Assembly (NCBI GenBank): GCA_013239625.1
Contig: MU053994.1
Span: forward strand, 1-64,000
Direction of reading: 5' to 3'
Length of the DNA: 64,000 bases
Source: Lama guanicoe
Taxonomy: Eukaryota
In this document: positions 62,961-64,000 of the stretch, piece after piece
Layout: each line of letters starts with the position of its first letter
Position numbering within the stretch: position 1 is the stretch's first letter
Made by a program: the position numbers and the translations under genes
Notes under the pieces: generated by a model
What the model saw: only the letters and a program-made list of their open reading frames with translations
Told to the model about the DNA's origin: nothing
The model's database searches: none

Positions 62961-64000
62961 TGAGTATGATTGTCCTCAATGTGAAGTGAGACCCTGTGTT
63001 GGCTAAACACTACAGGCATGTTTTTCAGATATTCAGCCGGTCATGTTCCCTGTGGTGGTATTCAGGGCTGCTACGCCCCTGATCACAATAGCAAAGCTTT
63101 GAGATCTTCAAACAGAGGCCATAAGGGGCTAGAGGGAGACGTCTTCTGCAATGCCATGTGGGAGATTAAGCTGAGCAGCTCAGAGGGTTGATGTATTAGT
63201 GTCATTTGTGTTGCTGGTCATCACCCCCGAACCATGAACCTATGTAAGTGACACTTTGCTTCTTCAGGAAGAGGGCGTCCTTTTCTCTTTTTAAAAGGTC
63301 AGGCTCTTTGCAGACTTAATCTAGGAATTGGCTTTCCCATGTCTGATTTGTCCTCTTCAGAGTAAATCGCCTAGTTGGCTTTATTGGCAGTAGATTGTCC
63401 CGCAGGTGACGTTGGAATATTTTTTGCTCTGTTCCCCCAGAATCTGAGTGGTGGATTCCAGTAGCTCACTCTTGCTCTTAAGTTCTCTTCTTTGTGTCTG
63501 AAGATTATTGGCTTATATTGCAGTAATTCCAAATTTCAGACAAATTTCAATAGTTGTATCTCCGGCAAAGTGACAACTTCAAATGAGTTTGATTTCTCGG
63601 CAAATGTTCCAGATCATGTATCTTCGGTAGCTTGTTTTAGAAAGAGATTAATACAATTAAGGATTCTTTCAAGTGTTCCTTCAGCTTCTGGACCCAGAAA
63701 TTATTTTTCTTGCATTAATGCACATTTCTATTTACATTTCAAGGCTATGTGGTATAGACTCTCTGTCAGTTTCACAAACTTAAGTCTACATTTTACTCTT
63801 TAGCTCCTATTCATATTCACTTATAACATGATAATCTTGATATTTGTAACTACACTACTCTAATAATAAAGGTCTCATGATTTCTTCCGACCCCTCATCG
63901 AGTTATGAATATTCATTAGTTTTGCTTACAAACTTCAATACCACGCCAGCTGGCTCTAGGTCTGTGGCCTTCGTCTCCATGGAGGTCTATTTTTCTCCGA

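Noticed and set aside
63380..64000. LANCL3 exon 2 or a processed pseudogene near the window end
   Set aside because: An AG-containing acceptor-like site exists at ~63405, but no LanC-like peptide follows, and the minus-strand frames I translated close quickly.

Overview
Mammalian genomic DNA, probably from a camelid (a vic-1-like tRNA-derived SINE plus young cetartiodactyl-type L1 3' ends). It is probably X-linked, because it carries the CpG-island promoter and first coding exon of LANCL3 (ATG 48696, donor after 49268; the remaining ~14.7 kb is intron 1). The first 200 bp are the C-terminus and 3' UTR of a ferritin heavy-chain-like (FTHL17-type) gene cut by the window edge. A second, decayed ferritin fragment follows at ~606-820. 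Neither appears in the ORF track. Most of the remaining sequence is interspersed repeat (L1 of several ages, L2, MIR, ERVL/MaLR LTRs, an ERV1-type solo LTR, and MER5A/MER58A/MER119/Tigger1 DNA elements), with two N gaps inside young L1 3' UTRs. I found no convincing new biological system. The best second-look items are the ferritin-like pair, a 2 kb TSD-flanked L1 that keeps both ends but lacks ORF1 and most of ORF2, a composite 2.1 kb segment captured inside an older L1, a twin-primed L1 insertion and a two-piece local templated duplication. Repeat family names come from recalled consensus sequences, not a database search. Repeat boundaries are approximate unless a TSD or TIR is quoted.
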